From Paraspadella gotoi (Eukaryota > Animalia > Chaetognatha): 64,000 nt of DNA. The notes under the pieces are model-generated. The model had not been told where the DNA came from, ran no database searches, and worked only from the letters and a program-made list of their open reading frames with translations. A program made the position numbers and the translations under genes. Each line of letters begins with the position of its first letter. Positions within the stretch are counted from its first letter, which is position 1. The stretch spans positions 9,669,216 to 9,733,215 of the forward strand of contig CM119268.1 of assembly GCA_051294375.1 (NCBI GenBank). The letters run 5' to 3'. This document shows positions 29,488 to 42,971 of the stretch, piece after piece.

Positions 29488-31045
29488 ATGGGTGAGTTGG
29501 TGTATCGGCGATAGCCAGTAAATATAGCATTGATATTTACAGTATGTTATTGCTCTTTGTTTTTCTTTTTTTCTTGATATTTCCTTTTACTTTTAAAAAT
29601 TTATCAATAAAAAAAAATTTTCGCCGCTTCTAAATAAGTTATTATTACTTATTTATGAGATAGTAATCGATCACGGTTGATCTTCTAAGTGAGATTTAAT
29701 GTGTAAATTAATCAAGAAATCTGAAAAAATATATCTCGCTTGTGGTAACTGTTAGGTCACCCGTGTTTATTTTTCATAGAAACACATTATTAATAATCGT
29801 CATCGCTACATGAAATCTAATGATCTAGTTGTTTTCTTGGATCCAGACAAAGGTCGGGGTCTCCGAAAAATGTGTCCTCTCCAACGAGGCCCGGCGTGGA
29901 TTCGGCCGCTTCGCGTCCCGCCGATGCCCCGGATGTCGAAGGGTCTTTCGTAGCAACGGATTAAACTTAGCGCCGAAGCGCTGTCGACAACGACAGACGT
30001 CGACAAACCTTGAAAGAGGGCCGAAATCCGCGCCGTATTTGGCCGAGGACGTCAGTTTCGTCGTAGGAGACGCCGGGAAGACGGCGCCGCTCTTTCGACG
30101 CCCCGTTTCGCCGCCAATCTCAGGTGCCATCGTCGAGAAAAGGGAGGCGACGGTTCGAGTGATCTGACGCGGCCGCCATCTCCGTCCTTTTTCAAGATTG
30201 CTTCCAGGTAAATTATGGAAATGGAATATGTATATTAACTTCAATCTCATTCAATTGTAATGACATAAAATGTAACTCTGAAGAATTGAGCTCTTCTCGA
30301 TCTTCCTCCGTTCTCGCCTCTCCCATTCGTTCAAAGGCGTGATTGTCTTCTTCACTTTTTTCGAGTTTCGCCGTCATCTTCCGGTTCATCTATATTTAAG
30401 TTTTAATAGAATTGGTACAACCAATATAAAAATATCCATTCAAATTTAATAATAAGCTATCTTGTCCCTGACTTGACAGACTTTCGGTGGTTTTATAAGG
30501 GCCTCCATCATCACTTACTAAGATATATAACGTGATAGAGGTTCTTGTCTATAGTGAGCTTGTTCTAATCAACGACTCTCTCACAGTCCCTATTATTTAT
30601 TTCACTCCCTCAGGTGTGGAACCTGGCTTAGCCCTGATCAATGAATGGTATAAATATTTCAAAGAATGGTTTTCCAATTGATATGAAAAGACCACTTCCT
30701 TAGGTGATTAGATCGGGGAATACTATATTGTTACTCCGCACTAGCATCAAGATATCAAGGAGCTGAATTTTATGAAATTGGTACATACCAATATAAAATT
30801 CAAATTCATTGCCCCGGAAAACATAAGTTATAGGAACTAGGGATTATTTTTGTATAATGATTTAATGATACGCAACATTGCATATTCCCATTAGTTCCGT
30901 TCCAGGTTGCCCGAAAGTGCGGCGGAACTCAGCTTACGCCGATTCCGGATAAATGAACGTCAAAGCTCGCCTCTTCGAGTTGGCGAAAACGAACCATCTT
31001 TTGGACGAAGCACGGCCTCCTGGCGGACCCTTACGTCTACCGTTG
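29488..31045 (+). CDS. 5' part of C2H2 zinc-finger gene, copy 1 (cut by gap, indel-rich)
   Basis: ATGG|gtgagt first exon and exons matching 37868-39320. Confidence 0.6.
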
Positions 31046-31070
31046 NNNNNNNNNNNNNNNNNNNNNNNNN
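31046..31070. other. Assembly gap (N run)
   Basis: 25 Ns. Confidence 1.
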
Positions 31071-33128
31071 AGAGAGAGAGAGAAAAAAGGGAAGACAGAT
31101 ATATACGTTGTGTATGAAGGTTTATTTGAGATGAAGGCGGGGATTTATTGAGAGAGAGAGACGACAAATGATTAACGATGTGTACCGTACTCTTTCGTTG
31201 CATTACTTCAGGAAAAACAATAAATCAATAATTGGCTTTTTTTTTTTTTTTTTGAAGAGTTTGAATGCTTATATATATTCCTTTAAAAAAATTGCGGAAA
31301 ACATTGGTCCGTCCGCGCTACAAGATTGAAAATATTGTAAAATTGAGTGAAAGCCGAAGCCAATGTGAATAGCATTGTTTTTTTTTTTTTGTTTCGCAAA
31401 AAAAAAAAAAAGAAGAATCCGCGGCTGAAGAAAGTGACCACCGACAAATCCTTCTCTATTTTTTTTTTTACGCTCTTAATTTTCCATTCGACCTCTCTTT
31501 CTCTCTTTCCTTCTTTCTCTCTCTCCTTCCTTTCTTCTTCCCCTTTTTTTTCCTCTTCTTTTTTTTACTTTTCGAGCCGCAGGCGTTAGAATTGAGGAGC
31601 GGCCAATTAATGGAACGCGGGAGCCGCCGAACGCCTTCCAGAATCGAGAGAGGAGAACCGAAACCTCAGCTTGTTCCTTCGTCGCGAAATTTGGGTTTCG
31701 AAAGAAAAGAATCCGATCAGAAAGGAAAATGTTAAAAAAAAGGGAAAAACAAGGGGAAGATACAACGCATGTTGTTTGTTTTTTTCTTTTTTTTCCTTTA
31801 TTCTATTTATTCTATTCTATTTCTTTTTTTTTTTTTTAATTCGCGGTAACACGCAACTCTATCATATGACTGTGGATACAGGAACATTAAAAAAGTTTAC
31901 CTGTAGGCGGAATTTAAACATAAATCTTAATTCGCTAGACTCATACTACAAATAAAGTTAAATGTTATAACCAAAAACCAAAGTTAAAAAAAAACTTTTT
32001 ATAATTGAAAAAGGAAAAACGAGGAGGTAAGACAGCTGAGTAGTCTCAACTTTTTCTTTTGTCTTTTGTTTTGGTTTTTTTTTTATTCTCGTTTTCTTTT
32101 TTTTACATTTTATTTTAATTTACTTAGTTTTCCTTTATTTATTTTTATTTATGAAATTGGTACAACCATTATAAAAATTATTCATTCATTTAATAAATAA
32201 ACTATCTTGCCCCTGACTTTGGACAGGCTTTGGTGGTTTAAGGCCTCCATTACTCTTAGAAGATATTGACATAGCAGGTCCTTGCAAGCTTTCAATCAAG
32301 ACTCTCTCACAGTCTCATTTATTCACTCCCAGAGTACCTGGCTTCCCTATCAATGAAGTGGTATAATGTTTCAAAGAATGTTTCAATTGTATGAAAAGAC
32401 CGGCGAATACTACTATTCAATTTTTTTTCCTTCCTTTATTTTTTTCATCTTTCTCGTCAACTTTCAGTTTTTTTGGCATCACACATAACTAATAAATAAA
32501 TATAATGTACAAGAATAATGTGTCAAATTTAAAACTGAAAAATAAAATCAAACGTGATAAGATAAGTTTTTCTCCAACGATTCCTGATTTTTAAAAGTAG
32601 CGGATCGAATATAAATAACTTCAAAATAAAAAAAAAGTTTGATTTCGATTCACCTGGGCAATTAAGTTTATCCTATCAAGGGAACCATGGTACTTAATTT
32701 CAGAGGAATTTTGCCTTTAATCAGTTCGATCTTAAATCTTGAACAGAATTGAAAATCGATGCGGATTAATTTTCTCAGCGATTCCATTTCTACTTTCAAA
32801 CTCAACAAGTCAGTTGTCTTCCGTGAAATGTCAATCTAAGTGTGTCCACCTTTGAACTCAGAAACTGAAAAAAAATTTCGAAAACTTATCGCTTAAAAAA
32901 CCTCGCGGATGTATTATCATTTTTTTTAAAAACCATATTTTGCTATTTCGCGTTTTACGTTTCTTTTCTTAATTGGTCTTCCGAAGAACCGAAACGAAAA
33001 ACCTGCTTCGACTTTTGATCCGAACATCGAAACGATTGTCATCTACTCCGGATTGACGATTTTAAATTTCTGTAACTTAGCTGACGAGTGACTTCTGATT
33101 CTCCAGAAATCTCCACGGATCTGCTCAA

Positions 33129-33210
33129 ATGTATTTCCACTGGGGAGACTCGGAGAGAATTCTCTTTAAAACGTGGGTGACAGGGGGCGGATCCGGATCA
33201 ACGGTACGTT

Positions 33211-33247
<37 letters not shown>

Positions 33248-33936
33248 CCACTATTTACTAAAAGAGACGAAATTCCAATTGCTGCTCACTCATATTTCCA
33301 ACGAATTTCTTTTTGCAGGCGTATTTTGTCCTTTCCTGCGTCGCCTTTTTCATACTTAGTATGCTGCTGGAAATTCTCTCCAACGTTTTAACTTGTCTGC
33401 GCCAAAGTCCAACAAGAAAACATTCGATGAAAACAAATGATCAAGTCACGGAAGCACACCAAGAGATGACGCATATGCTCGATAGTAAGAGAATGGAACA
33501 AGTTGGTTAAAATGAACATCGCCATCGATGATGACAAATAAATTTTATTTTTCATCTTATTTAATGAAAATTAGGATTTATAATTATATGGAAGGAAGTT
33601 ATCAAAGTAACCTCCTTTTGATAGCTTATAATTATAAAATTATATTTTACAACTAATTCTCGTTCAATTTCCCTGCGTTTAGAAAACGAAGCGAGTTCCG
33701 TAGAAGCTAAAGCGGCGCCAAAAAACGTTCGCCAATTTGATTTTGACTGCAAAGGATCCGCGACGCTTGGCGTTCGTTTGATCTCATCTTTGGTCTTCGC
33801 TTTAAGACTTTTGCTCGCTTACGTTCTCATGCTCGTCGTCATGACTTTCAACATGTGGTTTTTTCTTTCAATTCTTTTTGGCAACTTTTTTGGTTACTGG
33901 TTGTTTGGTTACGAAATTCAAAGGAAAGAGAAATAA
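33129..33936 (+). CDS. Ctr/SLC31 family copper transporter, copy 2 (intact)
   Basis: Three exons: MYFHWGDSERILFKTWVTGGGSGST | AYFVLSCVAFFILSMLLEIL...THMLD | ...LLLAYVLMLVVMTFNMWFFFSILFGNFFGYWLFGYEIQRKEK*. Ctr hallmarks: MYFH..LF..W before TM1, MxxxM in TM2, GxxxG in TM3. Confidence 0.92.
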
Positions 33937-34699
33937 TTTTTTTGGATAACTGTTTTAGATTTGTTTTTATGTATATATTTAATTGGGAAGACTGAACCAT
34001 ACGCAGCTATGTACCGTAAATGCTAGAATGAGAGTAAAGGTGCAAACATGACGATTTAGGAGACGTATCGACATTAGACGGTGGGAAGTCTGAAAAAAAA
34101 AGGCATAATGGAAAAAATGTCTACGTAATTCATTTATTAACGACAGTATATCTATAAATTCTCTGTTAATCTAATTTTAAAATAACCAACCGAATTATTG
34201 CCACTATAAATTATACTGTAAGTTTTAGTTATAGTTATATTACTATAAGTTATAGTTTTACTATAAATTATAGTATAAGAATATAAGAAAGCCTGCGGAA
34301 AGCCAGCTGCTCCATTCATTGGAGTTCCCAAAAGCCATTTGTTTTTTTCGCACGGCAGAAAGTGTTATGGACCGACACCTGGTGATGGCGGTATTCGAAA
34401 CTTATGAATCAAAATAAGAACAGTTTTAACTTTAACATAAATGTAATATATATTATATGTTGTATTTACATTTAATCACCCTTCAAAATTTATTTAACTT
34501 TTTTAAACTTTGAATTCTTTTTGTCCCGAACTAACTATATTAGTATTATTTAACATGTATTGATTTATGACCAAAATTTACTGAAACAATTTTTGTTGCT
34601 GACTTGCTACTTCGTTACTATTTACCTATCACCACATAATATTTGCAGCAAAAGTGGGAAACTTTTTGGTCAAAAATCCAAACAATCGTTTAACTCTTC

Positions 34700-35169
34700 G
34701 CACATTCAGAAACACTCTCCGAAAACGAGAGACTGACAAGTCCACCTGTTGACCGAATTTCGAGACCTCGACGACGGTTCAACTCGTCCAAATTGACTTG
34801 AGTTATTAGGAGTTACTCAGTTAGTAGTTTATAATGATTGAGAAAATGGTGCAATCTCGAACCAACCTATCGAGGTAAGAACCAAAAGAAAACTCTCTGC
34901 ACCTTGCCTATTTTTTCTCCTTATCTCCCCCGAGCAAGTTCGATCCATGCAGCGGCTCCATTATTTACCATGCGTCGCTGCTCCTGCGCGACTGCTGCTG
35001 CGGACGTTGTTATAGTACCCCCATCGAACGCAGCTCCCAAATTCGGTATCACCACCGAAACTGCAGAGGATCGAGAAAATAGGAGGATCTTCTTTCTCAT
35101 ACCAGAGCGAAAAACTCGAACGAGCCAGTCGCAGTCGCTCGTCATCGGCTTTATCTACGTCATGGTAAC

Positions 35170-35211
<42 letters not shown>

Positions 35212-35902
35212 AAAGAATTTCAAACTCCGAGCTAATAGTTGGTATATAGTTTTATTTAAAAAAAAAAGCCATGGTGTAATCCTTTCTAAAAAAAAAACAG
35301 AAAATATTGGAACTTTTGCCATTTTTTTAAAATTTAGATTATTAGATTTAAAGTTTTAGAAGCGTGGTTCTCGAGGAGGTTCTAGCTTTATTATGCGATC
35401 ATTGTGATGTATTGTTTCGTATTTTTTTTTTTAAGTTAAATCTGATAATCTTAAAGATCTTTTTCGAATCTATACCTAATATAATATTATTAAATTGTTC
35501 ACATAAAGAAAAAAAATATTTCTAGAATTTTTAGTGAGGTACTACCACTAATTTGTAACTTATTTAGAAAATATGGCTTTTCGAAGAATGTAATTACAAA
35601 TACAACGATCGAATATGCATACAAATTCTTTTTATAGCTCTTGAAATATTAGCGAGTAGAAACAAATGAACACCACATGCATAAACTCGAGAGAAACTAC
35701 ACGAGAGGAACAAAAGAGACTTTTCTTGGAAAACCGGAAACGCTTCACAAAAACATTCATGATTCTCTCCCTTCGACGACCCCCCCTTCCATCTTGGTTT
35801 TTCTCTATGCGTTCGACAACTCATCCCTTCTTTTCGTGATTCGACCTCGATTCAAGTGGTTGTGAATCCTCGAAATAAGTCCGAGGAAAGAGGATAGCCT
35901 GC

Positions 35903-35981
<79 letters not shown>

Positions 35982-37779
35982 GTCTGAGTCTCATGTCTGT
36001 GAGGAGCTCACACTGTTTGATCTGAACTCACCCAAGCGAAGCAAGGGGATGAGAAACTTACCTTCTCATCCTTTTGTCATCGTCGTCGTTCTCGTCGGCG
36101 AACCCACGAATATCCTTCGGAAAGAATCTGGAAGGATTCTCTCGTCAAAAAGAGAGAGCATCCACGATGCCATCTCCGATGCCATCTCCGATGCCGTCGT
36201 GTCAGCATTAGGAAATGGATCCAACTTTTTTTTTTTTGCACCGTACCTGACATTTTCAATCTTGAAAGTTGCTCGAGGAGTTTCAAGCTTGAGAAAGGAA
36301 GGATAATATATATCAATTATTTTGGAATGAATAAGTAGAAATAGGGAACTAACCGGTTTTTCCATGGCAAGGCAAATGGCGTGGCTAATGCTATTACTTT
36401 TTGAATATTTGTCAGTTATATAATAAAATATATATAGACTTATTTTAAGTAAATATTCATTATTCGCGTAGCAGCAAATGCAAGAAAAATGAAAATTCTA
36501 TGACAGCAAAAATCGTTTTATACACTAACTTTTAAAGCGAGCAATCTTTATATCAAAGGGATCTTGTTATATCAGAAAAATCGAAACGAATAATTAATAG
36601 AATTTGTAAGTTGTGTAAGTTTTTAAATATTAGAACGTTAATTTTAGATGCTTAAAGTTTAAGTTTAAGTTAAACGTTCTGAACTCAACTTTTTTGGGTA
36701 TTAGGCTCCAGAGGCTTAAAAAAAGAACCAAACTAAACAATTCAAATACGAATTATCACCGTTCATACATCTTAACTAAAAATATACTTTGAAAACAAGA
36801 ACCAAGTTAATTTTTTGATTCTAATATACCCTTTTTTCACGAAAGCTTACTCGAATTAATTAGCGATTAATTATTCATAACAAAATATTCGCTTCATAAA
36901 TAAATATTCGATTATTCAATATTCATGACGTCAGATTGGAAAAAGGGGCCCACGTCTCCCAAGCCCGATTTGTGCCAAATAAAGTGCGGTCTCTCTTTCT
37001 CCCTCTCATTCCTTCTCTCGCTGTCAAATATTTGTGCACCTGATTTTTCACCGTGGCTGCGCCCTGGTGACGTCGAAGCGCGACCATAAAATCGAGTGTA
37101 AAACACACCACATAGAAATAATGTTGAATCTCTCTCTCTCTCTCGCTCTCCGTCGGCGAACGACGACGTCGAGGGCGACGTCGAGAGGGACGATGATGGT
37201 GACGACGACGACGACGAGGAAGGCAGCGGCTCGCTCGCCGCCGCAGGAGCGGGAGAGTTCCGCGGCTGCGGATTGGATTTTTCGATGCGGCTGTGGCGGC
37301 GGGGACGGCGGCGGCGGCGGCAGGATTTTCTATGCCTTCATTGCCTTACTCATAAGTGGCTTTTTCGCTCTTAGCGCAGGGAGTGAAGGCCCGGTGCAGA
37401 AATTCACCGTGAATAAAATAAAACAAACTTCGGTGAAAAGATTAAGGTGAAAAGAGAGAGAAAAAAAAAACTTTTTTTGGGTAAAGAGACGGCGCCTCAC
37501 GCACGCAACAATACTTTTATTCTCCAAAGTGCCTTCCGAGATGGAAAAAATAAACAATTATGAAATCGTGATATATTTTACACGTGAGAAATCCTCAACA
37601 AAGCCGATTTGATTTAATAATAATAAAAAAACAATATTAAACAAAAATAATAAAAAAGAGAAAAAAAACCCATGAAACCAAACCTGGAAATTTAGTGGTG
37701 AATCTGATCTCCGATTTCGCTCCTTCGTGATTCTCTTCGCGTCCCCGCCGCGTCATATTTCCTCTCGCGCGTCGCATTG
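34700..37779 (-). CDS. Putative multi-exon gene of unknown function, divergent from the zinc-finger gene (also in copy 1, ~25630-29398)
   Basis: Several GC-rich blocks with minus-strand splice signals, e.g. MRRARGN..SEIRFTTKFP|gtttgg, LETPRATFKIENVR|gtacgg, FFPKDIRGFADENDDDDKRMRR|gtaagt, NLDELNRRRGLEIRST. A full frame could not be assembled. Confidence 0.4.
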
Positions 37780-37867
37780 TTTCCGTTGACGGCGCCAGGG
37801 GGAGACGCAGGAATCCGCGTCGTCGTCAGGATAGAAAAAAAAATCATTTGGACAACCCTTTTACGTC

Positions 37868-40201
37868 ATGGGTGAGTTGGTGTATCGGCGATAGCAGTAA
37901 ATATTAGCATTGATAATTACAGTATGTTATTGCTCTTTGTTTCTTTTTTTCTGATATTTCTCTTTTACTTTTTTAAAAATTTATCAATAAAAAAAAAATT
38001 TTCGCCGCTTCTAAATAAGTTATTATTACTTATTATGAGATATAATGTCACGTTGATCTTCTAAGTGAGATTTAATGTGTAAATTAAACAAAAACTGAAA
38101 AAAATATATCTCGCTTGTGGTAACTGTTAGGACCCGTTTTATTTTTTCATAGAACACATTATTAATAATCGTCATCGCTACATAAATCTCAAATACTATT
38201 TTTTCTTGGATCCAGAAAAGGCGGGGTCTCCAAAAAGTGTCTCTCCAACGAGGCCCGGCGTGGATTCGCCCTTCGCTCCCGCCGATGCCCCGGATGTCGA
38301 AGGGGTCTTCGTACAACGGATTAAACTTAGCGCCGACGCTGTCGACAACGAAGACGTCGACAAACCCTTGGAAGAGGGCGAAATCCGCGCCGTTTTGGCC
38401 GAGGACGTCAGTTTCGTCGAGAGCGCCGAAGACGGCGCCGCTCTTTCGACGCCCCTTTCGCCGCCAATCTCGGTGCCATCGTCGAGAAAGGGAGGCGACG
38501 GTTCGAGTATCGACGCGGCCGCCATCTCCGTCCTTTTTCAAGATTGCTTCCAGGTAAATTATGGATGGAATATTTATATTAACTCTCAATCTCATCTCAT
38601 TGTAATGACATAAAATGGAACTCTGAAGATGAGTCTTCTCGATCTTCCTCCTCATCCCTCTCCCATTCGTTCAAGGCGTGATTTTCTTCTTCCACTTTTT
38701 TCGGAGTTTTCGCCGGTCATCGCCGGTCAATCTATTTAAGTTTTAATATGAAATTGGTACAACCAATATAAAAATTATCCATTCATTTAATAAATAAGCT
38801 ATCTTGTCCCTGACTTTGGACAGGCTTTGGTGGTTTAAGGCCTCCATCACACTTACAAGATAATAACATAGCAGGTTTCTGCAAGCTTTCAATCAAGACT
38901 CTCTCACAGTCTTATTTATTCACTCCCAGTGAACCTGGCTTCCCTATCAATGAAGTGGTATAATATTTCAAAGAATGTTTCAATTGTATGAAAAGACCAC
39001 TCCCTTAGGTATTAGATCGGGGAATACTATATTGTACTCCGCACTAGCATCAAAATACAAGGAGCTGAATTTTATGAAATTGGTACAACCAATATAAAAA
39101 TCAAATTCAATTGCCCCGAAAATAAGTATAAACTAGGGATATTTTTGTATATATTTAATGCATACGCCAACATTGCATATTCCATTGTTCCGTCCAGTGC
39201 CCGAAATGCGGAACTCAGCTTCGCGATTCGGAAAATAACTCAACTCGCCTCTTCGAGTTGGCGACGAAGCATCTTTGGGACGAGCACGGCCTCCTGGGCG
39301 GACCCTACGTCTACCCGTGTCCGTATTGTCCGCACATGACCCTTCAAAAATTCGCCCTAGAGTTTCACATCGAGGATTCTCATCGGGCGAATCTCATCTC
39401 AGATGACGTCAACAGGTAAACGAGACGCATCCGCCTTTGAAAAACTTGATTCTTTATATTTATTTTTTTATTTTTTTTTAGTTTCACGGTGCAATTTCTT
39501 CTCTTGTCACCTTTTCGCTCCTTGCACATTTCCTGTTTTATCGTTTTCCTCACTCACGCCATCTTTCTCCAATTTGTTTTCTTCGGGCTTTGCAACAAGT
39601 TCACCCCGCCATTTGCAGGCTCATTTAGTATATTGAACGATACCATCAGCTCATGACCATTAGATACCGGGATCAATCCCCAATGGTACCTACCGTGCGG
39701 TAAGGGTGAGGAGTCGGTCGTAAACGGCCTTGAGGACGGTCGTAAACGGCCTTGGGGCCTTTGAAAACCCCCAAGCCTGGTTCCAAGCCCAGGACCCGCT
39801 CCATGGCTAATCCAGTTGCGGATAGCACTATTCAGCCCACTTAGCACTTAACGGAAAATTCTTCCTCTTACTAAATATTTTGGATAACTTTCATTTATGT
39901 ACCATTTTTCCCATACCATTATAATTAAAGTTCTCCATATATCTTTAGCTCTAGTTTCTGACCCCCTTTTCCTATTTTCTTCTTTTTCACCTTTTCTTTG
40001 ATATTCTATTATTATTCTTATATTCTTTTTTTCTCTCCTTTTATTGCTACAACAGCACACCGTCCTAATCTAATGTCTCATTAAACTCTGTTATATACTA
40101 CAGCACTTCCAAAGCCGCGGCAGCAGCTGCCGAAGTGGTCGCCGCCGCCGCAGCAACCGCAAAATCTTTGCCGGAGAAAGACCCTACGCCCAAAATTTCC
40201 G
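37868..40201 (+). CDS. C2H2 zinc-finger gene, 5' exons
   Basis: M(E)KAGSPKSV...LFQDCFQ | CPKCGTQLR...KHLWDEHGLLGGPYVYPCPYCPHMTLQK.ALEFHIEDSH (two C2H2-like fingers, one indel) | STSKAAAAAAEVV...PKIS, ending in phase 1 at a gttagt donor with no stop. Confidence 0.8.
38747..39110. mobile_element. Longest copy of the dispersed repeat, terminal motif repeated head-to-tail
   Basis: TATGAAATTGGTACAACCAATATAAAAAT at ~38747 and again at ~39073. Confidence 0.8.
39635..40060 (-). mobile_element. Probable retroelement 3' fragment (ORF end plus structured UTR) in an intron
   Basis: A-rich minus-strand ORF end (39848-40060) followed by a GC-richer segment with several hairpins and a 19-bp direct repeat; composition differs from host exons. 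Confidence 0.4.
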
Positions 40202-40573
40202 GTTAGTTTTTCACCATATATTTCTTTACTTACGTAATAAAACTGATTATCCAGGGAAGTTGCTAAAAGTCAAGACAGATGTTACCTAGCCTATGGTTAT
40301 CATAACTTAGCTGTATTTTTTATCACTTAAATGACCTGACCTAATATAGTAGTTATAATGGAAGAATTTAATTAACAATATGATATACACTCCTGTTGAA
40401 AAAAAAAAGAGACCGCTCGTAAGTTTTAAATAGCGCTCGTTATATCCAATGTAGTATTAAAATAAATAAATAGTAAATGTAGATTTTTAAAAGGGGAATC
40501 CATACATGTGTATGTTAAAATAAAATCGGTCTAGTCATTTCAGTGCTGCAGTACCTTAAATATATTTTTAATT

Positions 40574-41851
40574 AATTATTTTTAAAAAAATGATTGCTTA
40601 CAAACGGATGGCCAAATTTTAGTAAAATTTGCACCAATAGTTCTTTTTTCCATAAATATTATTCATCTATAATATCCTTCAAAATGAAGGAATCCAACAT
40701 GATTTATTCATGTAATTTTTCAAGGGTTGCCTCTTTTACTTGCACGGGACTGTAATAAGCCTAAAAAAATTTCTTTTCTGACATGGCTGTTGTGATATGG
40801 GAAAGATTGCGTGATTATTTCGACGAGGAATGAGGGCATTCATGTTGTTCTTCTCTACGAGGAAGAAGAGAGCGAATGATGCGGGTTTATGTGACATGAG
40901 GGGATCGATTTTTATATCCTCACAAGACAACAACCTTTTGTCATGCGATGAGTCCCTCTTATTTTTTGAGTAATGGGCCCTTGTCCGATTAAGCAACTTC
41001 ATGGTTTCATAATTATATATCAACTGAAATTGTAATGGTTATGAGTATCTATGTCCTTGAAACAGTTGAATTGAAAAATAAACCTAACTTCTTTGCTCTT
41101 TTTTACAGGGCGTCTTCTATTGTTACTTTCATAATCCGAATTTTAACAAAAAAACCCCCTCCCTCCGCCCGTCTCTCCCTCGTAGTNNNNNNNNNNNNNN
41201 NNNNNNNNNNNGAGTTTGAATTAAAAAAATTAATTTATTTTTAAGGTATATATATACTCTTTTTGAAAAATTATTTTTAAAAAAATGATTGCTTACAAAC
41301 GGATGGCCAAATTTTAGTAAAATTTGCACCAATAGTTCTTTTTTCCATAAATATTATTCATCTATAATATCCTTCAAAATGAAGGAATCCAACATGATTT
41401 ATTCATGTAATTTTTCAAAGGTTGCCTTTTTACTTGCACGGGACTGTAATAAGCCTAAAAAATTTCTTTTTCTGACATGGCTGTTGTGATATGGGAAAGA
41501 TTGCGTGATTATTTCGACGAGGAATGAGGGCATTCATGTTGTTCTTCTCTACGAGAAGAGAGAGCGAATGATGCGGGTTTATGTGACATGAGGGGATCGA
41601 TTTTTATATCCTCACAAGACAACAACCTTTTGTCATGCGATGAGTCCCTCTTATTTTTTGAGTAATGGGCCCTTGTCCGATTAAGCAACTTCATGGTTTC
41701 ATAATTATATATCAACTGAAATTGTAATGGTTATGAGTATCTATGTCCTTGAAACAGTTGAATTGAAAAATAACCATACTTCTTTGCTCTTTTTTACAGG
41801 GCGTCTTCTATTGTTACTTTCATAATCCGAATTTAACAAAAAAATCGTAGT
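40574..41851 (+). repeat. ~600-bp direct duplication across the second N gap (41187-41211)
   Basis: 40574-41155 is nearly identical to 41268-41845. Confidence 0.92.
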
Positions 41852-42891
41852 CAATCATGAGTTTCCCTTTCCAGTTAATCCGATTTTATTGCGCTCTCTC
41901 TCTTTGCCTTTCAGTTTTTATTCTAGAGCACAGTCTTATTTAACATTCATTATTCCTCATTATTTAAAGCAAAGCGTTAAACATGTGCAAACTCCATTGC
42001 TTTTGCGACAGTGAAAGAATATTTAGCGATCGAAAAATACTAAGAATGGCAAAACCTGGTTATTTCCCTGTAAACTCACGCAAATTTTCTCGTAAAGTCA
42101 ATCACGTGATCATATCTTTTTTTTTTGGTTAAATTGTCTTTCTTGTTTTGTCGTTTCCGTAAGTTGGGAGTCGCAAATTCAAACGACGTAAAATACTATT
42201 AAGGTCCCCTCTGCAGTCTGCACGCATTCCTAGGTCGGCAACAACAGGTTCCCTCCGATATTTCCGCCCCGCGGAATAAAACAAAACCCCAAATTCGTCT
42301 GGGATCCAACCTACGCATAATAAAAAAAAAAGGGATTCACATTTTGTTATTCATGAATATATATAATCTTGGCCGCCCTTCGAAAATGGGTTGGTTTCGA
42401 ATCGGCCTCGGGGCCCGGAGAGAGAAGGAGAGAGAGAAAGAGAGGGATCGCCGGCCGGACACCAAAGTTTCTCTCTCTCGCCCCCCTGGGCCGGCCGTTC
42501 GCGGTTTATATATGGAGTCGTGTTCCTTCTCCTCATCGAGAATGGGTACGATCGACGTAACCGAGCCGCATGCGTCGAAAGAGTGACGTCCTTGATAAAT
42601 CCTCGGGCCCCGGAGCTCCGACCTACTCGATCCTTTCGCGAGGGGTACCATCGCGATTTTTGCGATTTTTTTCTCTTTTTCCCTCTTCGAAACACTGCGT
42701 GTAACCTGTTGGACGGATCGCCGCAGGCATCCATGAGGTCGTCGCTCTGTATTCTGTAATCGTAACCGGTCGAGTTTCGGGGGTGAGAGTTTGGAGGGGG
42801 GCTTAAAAAATTGGGGGGGGTCGAGGGACGGGCCGAGGGTTGTTCTCTCCTGCTGCCTCAAAATCCATGGTCTGCTCTAAGAGAAGGCAGG

Positions 42892-42971
<80 letters not shown>

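Larger units (their letters stand above)
21937..31045 (+). repeat. Duplicated block, copy 1 (copy 2 at 31071-~39320)
   Basis: Near-identical colinear sequence on both sides of the N gap; differences are mostly 1-bp indels plus one 581-bp insertion. Confidence 0.95.

Noticed and set aside
36061-36130. FFPKDIRGFADENDDDDKRMRR as a neuropeptide precursor
   Set aside because: A single dibasic site, no repeated amidated peptides and no clear signal peptide.
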